From positions 620,001-684,000 of the forward strand of contig AP024665.1 in the NCBI GenBank assembly GCA_024346625.1: a stretch of 64,000 nucleotides of DNA, in the 5' to 3' direction. The position numbers and the translations under genes are program-made. The notes beneath the pieces were generated by a model that made no database searches, was not told the origin of the DNA, and saw only the letters and a program-made list of their open reading frames with translations. Positions 1-13,077 of the stretch are shown here, piece by piece. The stretch's first letter is position 1. Each line of letters begins with the position of its first letter. The DNA is from Williopsis jadinii. Lineage: Eukaryota.

Positions 1-513
1 AACAATATCTGTGCCTGTGGTGGATCCGTCTGGATGCTCAACAGTTTCCTCATTTCTTCCAATGGTTACGTTCAGTGCCTTGACGTAATAAGTCCAGTTA
101 TTACCGGCAATTTTAGCATATGCCTGGACTTCTGTAGCGGTATTCTTGTCATTGGCAAACTTCTCAGCCGCGATGGTCTTCTCCTCTGGGGCGTTCAAGT
201 TTGCAATAACAGCGTTCACCAGCTCATTGGGATCACTATACGCGGAAAGGTACTATGGAATTCCGTAGTGTTAGTACTCTGTGGATTGAAAAGGGTGTAT
301 GTGGAACTTGTGCGTCCTCTTGGACGGATTAGACGTCAGTCTGTTGGCTTTAGAACCACGTAGTTATGGCCAGCCAGGAAACAGCAGCAACACAGTTAAA
401 AAACATGTCGATGTTTCCCGAACAGCGAAGCAAAAGTCACAACACTCAACGTGGATTGTACTTACATTTCCGCCCATTTCATCAGCACTTCTCTTTCTTG
501 AAGAGTCAGACAT
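1..513 (-). CDS. FKH1: Forkhead transcription factor Fkh1/Fkh2 orthologue, 5' part (FHA domain start; runs off the left edge); not in the ORF track
   Basis: Exon 1 is 513-466 (MSDSSRKRSADEMGGN). Intron 465-253 has GTAAGT, TACTAAC at 276-270 and a TAG acceptor. Exon 2 (252-1) reads YLSAYSDPNELVNAVIANL...EVQAYAKIAGNNWTYYVKALNVTIGRN, matching the Fkh1/2 FHA signature. Divergent from ASG1, as in S. cerevisiae. Confidence 0.9.
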
Positions 514-670
514 TGTTACCTGTCTCGTCCACTTTTTGTTTTTTACTTTATTCGTTGTTGTTGTAACCTTCTTAAAGGGGCAAAGATAGGGAAGGGAGAG
601 GCGACTGTTTTGTTGTCAATTGGTTTTGGTGAGAATCGCACAAAAAAAAAACACACACACAACACACAAA

Positions 671-1003
671 GTAAACAAACAAACAAAGAAAACAAACAAA
701 TAAACAAACAAAAAAACGTTTAGAAAGTCGACCAATGAGATTCTTCTGCGGATGAAAAATTTCGTAAAACAGTATCCACAAGCAAGCTGATCGGTCAGTG
801 TTACTAACTTCTTTCGTAGTGAGTTTAATCGGAATGGCGTTGGATGTTTTCCTCCTTGCTGACTTTTAATGGGTTTTTGTTGTGTATTTTTTTGTGATTT
901 TTTTGTGATTTTGTGATTTTTTTTGTTTTCCTACGGACAGAATTCCCCTTTGTTTTCTTTTCGTCCCTCCAGAAAAATTTGTTTTTGTTTATTTGTGTAA
1001 ACA
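671..1003. promoter_or_regulatory. Cluster of forkhead-type sites (RYMAAYA) upstream of the FKH gene
   Basis: GTAAACA at 671-677 and 997-1003, ATAAACA at 700-706, TGTTTAT at 986-992, plus several ACAAACA. Confidence 0.5.
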
Positions 1004-1360
1004 AACACACAACCTCCGCGCGCAGTCTCAGTTTTTTGTGTGTTTTCTTCTTCGAGAATCTAATGGTTAGCGCACCTCATTCTCCCGTTGGCGCTCAGAT
1101 TATGTAATACATCTAGACACCACGATGAGGCACAATGGTTTAGCGACGGTGCAGAATCGAGATGGAAAGATCTCGTCCTCTTTCTGTTCCTTTTCTGTTC
1201 CTTTTCTGTTCTTTTTTTACAACTTGGCAGCTCCTGATTGCAAAATTGTCGCTGGCATTATTTGTTCGTTAGGTTTACGCTGTGCACGTACGCATGAGTT
1301 GCAATAACCGCAAAAATTACCATTGCTATTCTCACCCGTGTTGAGTGCGGAGAGTGGGTG

Positions 1361-1390
1361 TTCTCGAGCGTTCTTGAGCGTTCTCGAGCT
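1361..1390. promoter_or_regulatory. 10-bp tandem repeat (x3) resembling a step-type heat-shock element
   Basis: TTCTCGAGCG TTCTTGAGCG TTCTCGAGCT = TTC-N7-TTC-N7-TTC, with GAG at the GAA positions. Confidence 0.45.
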
Positions 1391-2341
1391 CTAAGGTTGT
1401 CGTCATGTTGAAGATACTGCAACACCGTGACACACAATTCCTCCCGTATTACTAAATAGATAACATCATGTGACACGTTATAGCGTTTGCAAGTTGCAAT
1501 GCTGCAATGCTGTAACGCCACTGTCGGTGATGGAAACTCACCTGCAAAATTGGGAAAGTGATGTCCGCCTATACATGGAATATTCGCGCTAGGTATCCTC
1601 TCGATATGACAATTGGCCCTGAAATGAATGTTGCATGGTTCTACCGAATACATCACTCTTTTTGCGCAAAACTTAAGCGCTTCTTGAAAAATTCACCCAG
1701 GAAACCACCCCAAAACACGAAAATCGCGCAAGTGCAATGGATAAGGAAGAGGTACAGTGCAAAGAGAATTGCTTCAGCGTTTAGCTCCTAGGACGGGAGG
1801 GAGATCCAAGAGTTGAAAACCCCCAAGTAGCCTACCATACATACCACAAGAAGCTTCACGCTTCAAAGGTCACCACCTTTCCAAGGAGTAGCGCCACACA
1901 TTAGCAAGTGACACCTTTATGAGTGGTTTTCTTTTTCTTGGTGTTTCTCTTTCGATTACTTTTCGCCCTTTTTTAATTTCTCGCCATTGTCGTACATATA
2001 GCGCCAATTTCTTCATTACAAACTCGTTGCAACGCACATTAAGAGGTTTTAGCCACATATCAACAAGTATCTTGGCCTTATATAGCCACTTTTTGGAATT
2101 TGGTACCAGCCGGTTCTCTTAAATTTCACGTTGTGATTTCGATTTCTGTCAATCAAGTGTTGTTGATCATCTACAAGCTTTGCACACCTATTTCTCCGGA
2201 GTTGATGCTTTATACGCAATAGTTTGAACCGAACTCTGCTTATCTCTACCAGCTTTTTTGCGTTGTGACACATAACACATTAATACCAATAGCTTTTCAC
2301 CACGGGACTCAAAGCGTGGGAGCGACCATATATTACATATC

Positions 2342-4876
2342 ATGTCACCAAAGGATACGTTTGGTCTCGGTGTGCCGGCCGACCAAGCCAAGACCGCCAC
2401 AGCTACAGGCGCATCGATGGCCATCAACAGCAACAGCAATGATGGTACCAACCAGCAACCTATAATTCAGAAGAGGAAAAGGGTTACAAGGGCGTGCGAC
2501 GAGTGTCGTAAGAAGAAGGTGAAATGTGATGGGCAGCAGCCTTGTATTCATTGTACGGTCTATTCGTATGACTGTACGTATGACCAGCCGACTAATAGGA
2601 AGAAAACAGGGGCAGATCTCCACCTCATAGAGTCCAAGCTGAGGGCTGCTGAACAGGTGTTGCAACTGCTGTTGCCGGGTGTTGATGTCTTTGATGCAAG
2701 CTTTCAGTTCGAAGTGCTCGAAAAGAAGTTCAACGACCTGAGAACTTCCGACGGTACACTCAACTTGTCAACGGTGGCTGAAGAGTACCTGAAAGAGGCC
2801 CCTGCCTCTGTCAAGTCAGATCCAGATCTAGGCTCACCACCAAACTCTGGTTGGAAGTCCACGCTCAGTGGGACCACTGCCGATTCCAACTCAAGGCCTT
2901 CAAAGAAACAGAGAATCCTTATACCTCATTCCAATATTGATGGTTCGATAGAGTCAAGAGACGGCCGTGAGATTAAAATCATTCTACCACCAAAAAATGT
3001 TGCCTTGGAGTTGGTTACGAAGACTTGGGCATCACCTTGTGTTCTGTTCAGATTTTACCACAGACCTTCCTTCATTAGCGATTTGGACGACTTATACGAA
3101 ACTGACCCGGAGAATTATACGAATAAGCAGAATAGGTTCTTACCCTTGGCTTATTCCGTCATGGCCGTGGGTGCGCTGTTTAGTAAAAGAAATGGAGTGG
3201 ACGACAAGTTCTTGGAAGATGAAGGTTACAGATACTTCATCGCTGCTAGAAAGCTGATTGATATTACAGATGCTCGTGACTTGTACGCCATTCAAACTAT
3301 CGTGATGTTGACTCTGTTTTTGCAATGTTCTGCAAAATTGACAACGTGTTATTCCTACATTGGTGTTGCCTTGAGATCAGCTTTGAAAGAAGGTATGCAC
3401 AGAAAGATCGAGAATGGATTCAACCCTATAGAGCTGGAAACAAGAAAGAGACTATTTTGGACAATCTACAAGATGGACATATACGTTAATACCATCTTAG
3501 GATTACCGAGATCAATTGACCCGGAGGATATCGAACAAGACCTTCCGTTGGAATTGGACGATGACAAGATAACAGAACAAGGGTATTTGGAGCAAACACA
3601 AGGAAAGTTGAGTTCAGCAGCGATTGCAAACTCTCACACCAAGTTGATTCTCGTGCTGAACAACATTGCGAAGAACCTGTACGCAATTAATAACGACTTG
3701 AGGTTGACCTCTCATGAAAAAGTTTCCGAAATGGAACTCCAATTAAGGGAGTGGTTGTCCAATTTACCGAAGGAACTCATTCCCGGATTCGATCCACCGT
3801 TCCAGTACTACAAAGCTAATAGGTTACTGCACTTGTCATTTTTGCACGTTCAAATTGTACTCTACAGACCATTCATTCATTACATCTCACCAAAGTATAC
3901 AGCACAACCACATGTGGATGCCCTTTCAATTCAAAGAGCCAAAAACTGTATCAGTGTTGCAAGAACAGTTGTTAAGCTTGCACAAGATATGATTAAGAAG
4001 AATATGCTGTCTGGATCATATTGGTTCTCCATCTACACAATTTTTTTCTCAGTTGCATGTCTTGTATATTATGTCCATGAAGTTCCACCTGATGAGTTCC
4101 ATCCTGATTACGATAATATAAGAAGTGATGCAGAAGCTGGTAAAGAGATACTTACGCTTTTGAAAGATTCATCGATGGCTGCATCGAGAATTTACACCAT
4201 TTTGAACTCATTATTTGAGAAACTGAACAGAAAGACCCAGTACCTGCAACAACAAAGAGAAATGGAAAAGCAGAGACATTCTCAAGAACAGGGAGGACAA
4301 ATGTACTCTACAGTTACTTCTCAGGGAGATATTCCAACCTCTCAGAATCTCATGCCTGGCAGTCAAATACAGCCAAATACAGCGACGTATCAGTTCAGCT
4401 CTGATAATGGAGCTAATCAAACACAGGTCCAACAGCAGCAACAGCAACAGTCACAACCACAACAACAAGAACAGTTTAATAACATTAAATTGGAGGAAGG
4501 ATTGAATGACTTTGACCATTTAGCAAACTTTGACAATTTCATCAATCAGCCTATTGCTAATAATGGTGATAATGGAACAGCAAATGCTACTGACGTACCA
4601 ACAAATCCACCTGAAAATAGTTATATGCCTGGTATGATTGACCAATTGGATATGCAAATATTTGGTCGTTTCCTGCCACCATATATGCTTAAGCGTCCAG
4701 ATGGATCCGTTGGGCCAGGTGCAAATGGTGGTGATTTACCTAGTGGGCTACAGACGACTCCATTGCCAACTAATTTTGACGACTTGCCTATGAACAACTC
4801 TACGGAGTTTAAACAGGAACTAGACAGTTCATGGTCAACCCTAGGTACAACAGATTTCAGCAATTTCATGAAATGA
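2342..4876 (+). CDS. ASG1: Zn(II)2Cys6 transcription factor, Asg1 orthologue
   Basis: RKRVTRACDECRKKKVKCDGQQPCIHCTVYSYDCTY zinc cluster, fungal TF middle homology region and Q-rich tail; adjacent to FKH1. Confidence 0.9.
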   Translation: MSPKDTFGLGVPADQAKTATATGASMAINSNSNDGTNQQPIIQKRKRVTRACDECRKKKVKCDGQQPCIHCTVYSYDCTYDQPTNRKKTGADLHLIESKLRAAEQVLQLLLPGVDVFDASFQFEVLEKKFNDLRTSDGTLNLSTVAEEYLKEAPASVKSDPDLGSPPNSGWKSTLSGTTADSNSRPSKKQRILIPHSNIDGSIESRDGREIKIILPPKNVALELVTKTWASPCVLFRFYHRPSFISDLDDLYETDPENYTNKQNRFLPLAYSVMAVGALFSKRNGVDDKFLEDEGYRYFIAARKLIDITDARDLYAIQTIVMLTLFLQCSAKLTTCYSYIGVALRSALKEGMHRKIENGFNPIELETRKRLFWTIYKMDIYVNTILGLPRSIDPEDIEQDLPLELDDDKITEQGYLEQTQGKLSSAAIANSHTKLILVLNNIAKNLYAINNDLRLTSHEKVSEMELQLREWLSNLPKELIPGFDPPFQYYKANRLLHLSFLHVQIVLYRPFIHYISPKYTAQPHVDALSIQRAKNCISVARTVVKLAQDMIKKNMLSGSYWFSIYTIFFSVACLVYYVHEVPPDEFHPDYDNIRSDAEAGKEILTLLKDSSMAASRIYTILNSLFEKLNRKTQYLQQQREMEKQRHSQEQGGQMYSTVTSQGDIPTSQNLMPGSQIQPNTATYQFSSDNGANQTQVQQQQQQQSQPQQQEQFNNIKLEEGLNDFDHLANFDNFINQPIANNGDNGTANATDVPTNPPENSYMPGMIDQLDMQIFGRFLPPYMLKRPDGSVGPGANGGDLPSGLQTTPLPTNFDDLPMNNSTEFKQELDSSWSTLGTTDFSNFMK

Positions 4877-6330
4877 GGATCTGTTGAAAGCTTGAAGATT
4901 ATCGCTTAGTGTGTGCTGATTGTTCTTCAAACCAACTGGGCGCACAGTTGAAGACACCAGTTTACATTATTTACAACAGTTTCGAGAAATCAAAGGTCTA
5001 ATGTCTTTTATATATGATTTACCGGAAGTCCATATAGAACAATTAATTAATAAGTCAATTTATCAGCAGCTCCATAGCGATATTCCTGAGCTTCCTGTTG
5101 TATTATACGAAACCAACTTTTCCATTGAATGCATATATATGCACAGATTATGTCGAACTTTTATACGATGATGGGCTTCACTTTAATCTCTCATAATGCA
5201 TACAAATCAGCAATGAATTGAAGCCAATGATGCAATAATGACTGGTATAAATACCGCAAGAGATTACCTCAGAGACACGCCTTCAGCTCTTTCGATGACT
5301 TTGTAGCTCACAAGAACAGTTACCGATTTAACAAGATGTCTAACTGTGAGCCGATGACAAATGCTTACAGTCTGACAAGCTGAATTTCCAGTAGTAGATC
5401 TTATTACCAGTCAATGGGCTTATCAACTATTAATATTTATTAGCGATTGACAAAACTCTGAGAGCAGACGGGTGGTTTGACTACGTAGCTGAAAACCTTT
5501 GACCAATGCCATGTACTTATCTAAGCAACTCGTGCATTGCAACCTATGTTTTCAACAGGTTCAATAGCACTATCTTCAGGATCATTGGTTAGAGCTTTTG
5601 AAGAAGATTTTCATTTATATCATGTTATGCTTGCTGGTTATGCTTCAATTACACGGATACCTGCTGGATTGGTACTTGGTGATGCTAAGCAATCATTTTT
5701 GCATTCAAGAACTCGCACAAGTGGTAGAAACAGTAATGTGGGTATTATGATTAATGTGGTATCTGTGTGAAGTGTTTTGGTTTACACAGTATGTGTGACT
5801 ATTACGACTCACGTAGGCTGGCCGTGAATTATGTGCAAACTGTCAATGGCTATCACTCTACCGAAACTTATAATGTGTGCTCTCTAGTATTTCCTGAGGA
5901 ATGGCATCCACTAGAGCAGCTCGTGTTCAACCTCATCAGTAACATTGATAACGATGAGTCGAATCAACCACTCACAGAGATGGACTTAATAAATATCTCC
6001 CCAGAGCTAGCCATGTTGATGTTGTTAATGATGGATAATACAGTACCAATACAGACTACTTAACTACGTGATGTAAGTAACCACAATCTTACACTGTAGG
6101 CCAGGTTAGTCATTGTTTCAATACAACAATGGTGGCAACGAGTAATACCACGACATGAGGTTCAAGCACAGTCCAATAAGGACCAAGCTTGTAAGGCTCA
6201 ATAGCATAGCTCCATGACACGCGGAAGCAAGACGTTAGTAAATTAATAAAACACACACACAAATATTGACGCTGTCATTAAAATTCATTATATAAAAGTT
6301 ACAAGTAAGAATGTTGGTTGTACAAGTCAA

Positions 6331-7624
6331 CTATTGTTGGTAGTTGACGTCCTTAAATTCGATCTTCTTTGAACCAGACATTTGATAATCGGGATTAAAC
6401 CCATCGAAGCGTGCTTCACCAGGGGTGCCAACGAGGTATTGGCCTTCAACAGACGTTTTCAGTGGCTGTGGTGCTTGCCCTTGCTGCTGGACTGTTCTGT
6501 CCTGTTGAGGGGCCATCTGTTGAGTTGGAATTATTGCAGATCCTGGAGCTGAACCGACACTAGAGCTCTTCTTACCACGACCTTTTATTCCTCTGTTGGA
6601 GTTCTTGTATAGATCGGCAAAGTAATTCAACAGTTCACGCTCCTCTGGTTTGATATGTTCATCGGATGGGTCCACCTCAGCCAATTTTCTTGTTAATTCG
6701 TTAAGCGTCTTCAGATGTGATCTGTTTTGATGAGCTTTCAAGTTACCCAACTGTGTAAATAACTTATTACAACCATCCAATTTACACTGAAACGGTTTCA
6801 GATTACCATGCGTCAGTTCATGTGCTTGCAAATTACCCTTTCTGCTAAACTGACGCCCACATGTCTTACACTCATAAGGCTTCTCACCAGTGTGAAGCCT
6901 CTCATGAGTACGCAAGTTACCACCTTGTGTAAACCTCTTTCCACAATAATTGCAAGCAAATGGTTTATAACCAATGTGCGATCTGACATGAACGTCCAAA
7001 TGTGTAGATTGTGTAAATCGTTTATGGCAGTACGAACATTCATGGAATTTCGCAGCTTTGCTCTTTGGTTTATCTATACCACCGACAAGTTCAGTTTCTT
7101 GGGGAAGAACACCAGCACCGTTATCTAAAATGGTGCCATCGGACGCCCTTGGGATCTGATCATGTATACCTTTCTTTCGAGCTTGAATCACAAGCATTAA
7201 TTGGTCAACTTTGGTAGCACCCAACAATGGTCTCTCATCTGATAAAGAATTACTTGGATTTACCGATGAAGCAGTTTTCATCTTTGGGTTCTCAGGGAGT
7301 GATTTGACAGTTTTATGACGACGTCCACTTGTAGCTTTGTTAGATCCTGGTTGGGAAACAGAATTTTGGTTTAATGCAGTGAGCTGACCCGGCGATTCTT
7401 GCTGTTGCTGTTGCTGCTGCTGTTGCTGAAGTAGTTGTTGAGCTTGTTGCTGTTTCTGCTGTTTAATTTCTCTTTGACGCTTCTTAGGCACAACCTGAGG
7501 TGGAGGTAGTTGTTGAGAATTGTTTTGAATGGTTGATTGATGTTTCTGCCTTTGTGATAACATCTGTTGAGAGAATGGCTGTTCACGCATTTGTGATGGT
7601 TGTTGTTGTTGCTGCTGCTGCTGC

Positions 7625-7667
<43 letters not shown>

Positions 7668-8631
7668 GCTGCTGCTGCTGTTGTTGCTGCTGTTGCCGAG
7701 TACCTCTGTAACCTGTGAATACTGGTGTTCTGAACTCATCTTTACTAACATCACGTACCTGGGAATTCTCGGGTATACTTCTCATCTGGCCTTGCATATT
7801 CTGTTGATATTGAAGCTGTGGTCTGGCCTTTGCATGATCCAAATCTCTTAGACCCAACTCATCGTCACCAATATTCTTGATAGAATCTCTCTTTGCAAAC
7901 AGATCAAAATCGGAGCCATCGAGGTTTGTCGTCAGGAAACTTGGCTGTCTTGCCCTCACAGAATCTCTCTTACCAAACAGATCAAAATCGCCTTCAGAGA
8001 ACGAAGTGCCAGCTGGGAAGGTCACAGAATTCTTCTTAGAGAAGGATGGCATCTTTAGCTTCACACTTGGGTTGAACGGCTCCAACTGCTCTGAAGGGCG
8101 TCTCAGCGCACTATACGTATTGTAGTCATTTTGAGGAGGGAACGTCGGTGTAACACCACCGACAAGATTTTGACTGCCGGTATTGCTGATCACCCCACTG
8201 TTGCCACCACCGCTACTGACACCGCCAATACTAGACGTCTGCGACTGTTGCTGTGGCGGTAGAAACAAGTTGTTGATAACGCTGAATCCTCGACCGGTGT
8301 CAAACGGCTGGCCAGCATCTAAGCTCCCAAACCCCAACGAGTTGCCCAAGGATGAATTCGTCGACAACCGCTGACCGTTGGGACCCAGGTTTGTGTAGAA
8401 CGATAGAGAATCCTGTCTCCCCATTCTCGGTATTGAGTCCTCGTTCAGCTTATTGAGTGGACCCTGCTGTCCCTGAATACCGGGCGTCGAGCTTTGAACG
8501 CTTTGCACGCTTGGAGCCGGTTGCATCCCACCTTGGCCTTGAATTCCCTGACCCTGTTGAGAAGAGACAGTCCCGCTACCTCCTGGAACGTTCGATGCGT
8601 TAGATGCACCGTTTGAATTTGCCATCTCCAT
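6331..8631 (-). CDS. AZF1: C2H2 zinc-finger transcription factor Azf1
   Basis: Four C2H2 fingers (CSYCHKRFTQSTHLDVHVRSH...) and the Azf1 motif LLGATKVDQLMLVIQARKKG. First in-frame ATG is at 8631; the ORF-track start at 8757 is TTG. Confidence 0.92.
7600..7695 (-). repeat. Mixed CAG/CAA polyglutamine tract (about 32 Q) in AZF1
   Basis: Continuous (TTG/CTG)n run on the + strand. Confidence 0.95.
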
Positions 8632-9474
8632 TGATTGGTAAACAAACACAGAGTTGGCCCCCTTTTCGTTTTCGTTGTTTACTTTCCTTTCCCCCCTCAC
8701 TTCAGTAACCGTGGAAATGGGATCCGGAATCCTTCCAAGAACTGAATATGACGGCAATGAACACTGTCACTAGTAACCAACTTCCCACTGTGTTGATTTA
8801 TTCACTGTCTTCAGGGAAGCTGTAGCTGATACCCCTTTTCACTAACAGGTAAAAAACGCAACAGGAAAAGACAAACAAATAAACAAACAGATATGGGCAA
8901 AAAAACACGGGCGAATTGATAGAGGGAAAAAACACTGGTCGCCACTGAGATCTTACAGATGCGCTTGTCGTTACCGTAGTCTGTTGATGCTAACCTGATT
9001 CACGTATGAATGGATTGGTTATGCTGTTTGGTCTATTAGCTTCTTTTAGTCAGACAGATGTGGGCCCTTCGATAGAGATGTGTTGTTGTGTTTATGCTGA
9101 CACACACAACCGGACACATTGCTGTGGTTCCTCTTTTTTTTTTCTTTCTTTTTTCCTTTTCCTAGTTTTCCCTGAATTGCACGGCCAGTCGCGGGGGGGG
9201 GGGGAGCAGCAACTTTGACGTCATTCACTGGGAACAGTGAGACCATTGGTGTTTGGATGTTGCAAGGCTTGGACATGGGGTACTATGCTACAGAAGCGAT
9301 TGGTGTCTAGAGAATGGCTTAAGTGATATACATGGTAAAATCAAGTGAGAAGCAGGGGTGTGCGTAGGTCATTCTTCAGCACTAAACCCTGATTGCCAAT
9401 GCAAGCAAGCCCAATCGAACTAAAATACAGATGGTACAAAGAAGAGAAGATATAACATCACAAACGTTGAGTTA

Positions 9475-11166
9475 TCATGCAAGAACGGCCCAGAACTTCT
9501 CCCAGAGGTTCTTTGGTGGTTCCTCCTCCCAGACAATGTTATCAATCTCACGTCTGTCGGTGTCGATATCAACTTCCTCAATTGGAACGAGTAATGGTCC
9601 TCTGAACCAGAAGAACTGGAAGAAAATCCACAACCCCAGGAAGATGAAGACGGAGATGTAGGCTGTAAGGAAGGCGTCGGTGCTGAAGCCCAGAACAAAC
9701 GAGTCATAACCGTTGAAGAAAATGATCAATGAGAAGAAGAAAGTCGCATACCATGCACTGAATGGCATGAAAGTAGCCGTGAACGGCAGCTCTGAACGTG
9801 AAATACCACGGTGTTTCAATGTCTGCATAAATCTGATGTGTGAGACGGAGATGAAAAGCCATGCAATAAGACCAGCAACAGCTGTAATATTCAAAAACCA
9901 GTTGAAGACCGTCGTGGCACCACTTGAAACAACCATGAATCCTAAAAGACCAAACATAGCAGAGAAGATCACTGCAATGTATGGGACACCTCCCTTTGTA
10001 GTGAAAGTGAAAACTCTTGGGGCCAACTTGTTCTGTGCCAATGCATACAAGATACGGGATGAAACGTAAACGTTCGAGTTACCAGCAGAGATGATGGTTG
10101 TCAAGATAACAGCATTGAAAATATCCGGTAAAACTGGAGTTCCACAGTTTTGAATAGCAATGATGAAAGGTGAAGAGGACACATATGACTCATCGGAGTT
10201 CAATTGAGAGTCGTTATATGGAACCATCATACCGATAAAGAATAAGGAAAGGATGTAAAAGATCAAGATTCTGAAAAAGACGGTGTTGATAGCTCTTGGA
10301 ACTGTTTTTCTAGGGTTTTTAGATTCACCGGCAGTAATACCGGTCAACTCTGTACCTTGGTATGTGAAGGCAGCGTTGATAAGTGACGACCACCAACCCA
10401 AGAAACGACCCCTAGCAGTATCTGGGAACAGGTAACCTGGACCCCAAGCACCTGGATTTCTCCAGTATCTAAAACCAATAGCACCTTCTGGACCAGCACC
10501 ACAGACCATGCACAAACCGTAGATGATGAAACCGATGATGGCAATGACTTTGATACTTGCAACCCAAAATTCAACTTCACCGTAGTACTTAACAGGGAAG
10601 AAGTTACCACAGGTAAGAATAACGAAGAAGATTGCAATCCACGCGGCCAAGGGAACTGCAAATGTCCAGTATTCAATAATCTGACCAACGATACTCAATT
10701 CAAGCGCAAAGGTGATTGCCCATGAGAACCAATACATATAACCGATAGTGACACCCAAGGCTGGGGAACAAAATCTGGCGGTGAAGACAGTGAACGACGA
10801 AGTCACTGGGATATACGTTGCCATCTCACCAAGCGATTGTGTAACCGAGTATGCCAAGGTTGCCATAAAGAGGTAAGCAATAAGAGCACCGACTGGACCG
10901 GCAATGGAGAGCGGTGTACTGAGACCGATGAACAAACCGGTACCGATGGTACCTCCAAGCGCAATCATCGTGATGTGACGAGGCTTTAACGCCCTCTTAA
11001 CCTGTGTATCCCTAACATGGCCCGTAGTTGCATCAGGGCCTTTAGAAGATCCATCTGAGCCCGCGTCCCAGTTCATGTTCTCCACATCTTCATCCAGACG
11101 CGTTGTATTTTTGGAGCCATCCTTCAACGAGGCATCTTTCATCTCATACTGTTCATACGAGGACAT
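9475..11166 (-). CDS. CAN1: Basic amino-acid (arginine) permease, Can1/Alp1/Lyp1 family
   Basis: [42 protein letters not shown] and [13 protein letters not shown] motifs; 12-TM APC-type pattern. Confidence 0.85.
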   Translation of the reverse strand: MSSYEQYEMKDASLKDGSKNTTRLDEDVENMNWDAGSDGSSKGPDATTGHVRDTQVKRALKPRHITMIALGGTIGTGLFIGLSTPLSIAGPVGALIAYLFMATLAYSVTQSLGEMATYIPVTSSFTVFTARFCSPALGVTIGYMYWFSWAITFALELSIVGQIIEYWTFAVPLAAWIAIFFVILTCGNFFPVKYYGEVEFWVASIKVIAIIGFIIYGLCMVCGAGPEGAIGFRYWRNPGAWGPGYLFPDTARGRFLGWWSSLINAAFTYQGTELTGITAGESKNPRKTVPRAINTVFFRILIFYILSLFFIGMMVPYNDSQLNSDESYVSSSPFIIAIQNCGTPVLPDIFNAVILTTIISAGNSNVYVSSRILYALAQNKLAPRVFTFTTKGGVPYIAVIFSAMFGLLGFMVVSSGATTVFNWFLNITAVAGLIAWLFISVSHIRFMQTLKHRGISRSELPFTATFMPFSAWYATFFFSLIIFFNGYDSFVLGFSTDAFLTAYISVFIFLGLWIFFQFFWFRGPLLVPIEEVDIDTDRREIDNIVWEEEPPKNLWEKFWAVLA

Positions 11167-12886
11167 GGTTGGTAAGGTCTTGAGACTCTATCAATAACAG
11201 TTGTCACGAGATCTAAGAAATCACAGAGTCGAAGGAGAAAGGACCTTAAGGAAAAAGTCAAATTGAGAACAAGTTTTTATGGAGCAGTATTCCACTACAA
11301 GGCACACAAGTCCGTTTTTGCAGCTCCAATAATCGTTTTATATAAGAGGAGAAGCGTCACATATTATGCTGCAAGCTGGGCGTCCAAGAGGCATCTCTGT
11401 GTTTTTCTCTTCAGCCCAATCTCACATGAACAACACGCTACAAAAGCACACTTGTTGGGGGTAAATTTATAGCGTTGTTTCCCCCAAATTAGATTAAAAT
11501 TGAGAGGCGGGTGCAGTATTACAACATTTCTTTTTTTGTTTGTTCCTTGTCTTAACGTCATACAAAAGCAGCAGGTGCCGCAAATGACAGTCTCGCTCGA
11601 TTTGTGGGCTACACAACAATGTATGGGGAAAGATACGGACGTAAGGAATGTTTAACCGACTTGGTGTATACTTGATCGTGTTAGAATTGGCGCTGAGATG
11701 TAAGAAGATGGGCGTGTCTATGTGGGTGTTAGATTTGATCGCTTCTGAAGTCCATTAGGGATAATTACGTCGTTTCAGAAACGTTAGTTATCCGTGGTAG
11801 CGGGGTTTAGTGATAAATGATTCTGTAGCCATATCAATGGCCTAACGCTATAGGTCGGATTGGGGGTTCAATCGAAAAAAAGGAAAGCAAACTTGGCTGC
11901 ATTGGTTCGCGCAACACACGTACTTGTCGTGTCGAGGCTGCTTCATGGTGTCTTGTGGTATGGCTGGGTCTGTGATTACAGGCACACTATCGATGGAGGC
12001 TAACTCTTCGGCGAACATCGGCGCAGTGCCACTCCTTGATCTCAGGGGGATGGGCTTGGTGTTTTGATAAGTAGATCTTTAATGGCGACATGTATCGTTA
12101 TTAACTTGGGTAGGGGTTCTAGAGTTATACAAGCCACCATGGGCGAGTCGACTTGCAAGCGAAAATAATATATAATGGTGATCACACCGGCCTACAACTT
12201 GTTTCCAAAGATCACGTTGGGAGTCTTGACGCGCGTGCTTGGGTCCAGCAGCTTTAGATGATCCCTACAAGTTAGTTCCATGACGATCTTTTCTTGTCGG
12301 AGCAACCACCTGCTCGTTTGAAATCAGTGTAGTTGGTCCATAAGTGCTGCCCAGAGCTGAGTAGAGAGACGCCTCGATGATTTGAGCTGGAATTTGCTTC
12401 AATTCGTTATCGAGAAATGTGATGTTTCTTATCGCAGCTTTGAACAAAAGAGGATCTATGTCGCGTGCAAAGTTTCACTTTATTGAAGCAATCAAAGCAA
12501 TGTTATCAAAATGGTGTGAGATTCGAGATTAGTGCTGCAACATTGCACTAGTACATATATGGTGACATCTAAAGCGTATAGAAATTCCGTTTCCCTTCTG
12601 ATGGCTCTCTTCAACGAGTCACTATGGCATGGATGAATCAAAACTCTACACCCAGAGAGTGTTCTGCATTGATCGAGCACTTTGAGAATACAAATTCCAG
12701 TGTTGATGTCACCATGATGCATTGTAGATCGCCATAATCACGCCGAGTTCAAGGGCCAAAGCCCAACATAAGCCTTTTGCACCCTCCTAGTGTCTGTACC
12801 AATAGATCCAGTATTTCCGGGGGAGATCCAGAGTCGGAGCTTGGGCCATAGAGTAGGGTAATACCCTTTTCTGTGAATGTGCTATA

Positions 12887-12979
12887 CTCATCGGTAGGAG
12901 ACACACATCGGTTACCCACACACAAATTTTTTCTTCTTCATCGTTCGGTTTGACCGTGACGAGAAAGTAGGAGATGAGC
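12887..12979. promoter_or_regulatory. PAC and RRPE motifs upstream of RPC19
   Basis: CTCATCG at 12887, AAATTTTTT at about 12924, GAGATGAGC at 12971. Confidence 0.6.
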
Positions 12980-13077
12980 ATTTAACTGTGGTTGTTCTTT
13001 AAACTATTGCTGATCCACGCCATTCCCGTTGTGTCAACACGCTCGTACAGTTACACTCTGCCCCAATTTGATCCACT

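Noticed and set aside
802..824. Plus-strand TACTAAC...TAG followed by an overlapping GTGAGT
   Set aside because: No plausible exon or partner signals linking it to ASG1, 1.5 kb away.
4920..6063. Short plus-strand ORFs between ASG1 and AZF1
   Set aside because: No recognisable motifs; could be UTR or a decayed gene, but cannot be supported without a homology search.
7371..7851. PolyN, polyV/A and polyL ORFs overlapping AZF1, and similar ones within SWI1
   Set aside because: Alternative-frame or antisense shadows of CAA/CAG repeats.
11600..12800. Short minus-strand ORFs and a hairpin (about 11759-11794) upstream of CAN1
   Set aside because: Fragments with stops and no family signature; no LTR or transposase hallmarks seen.
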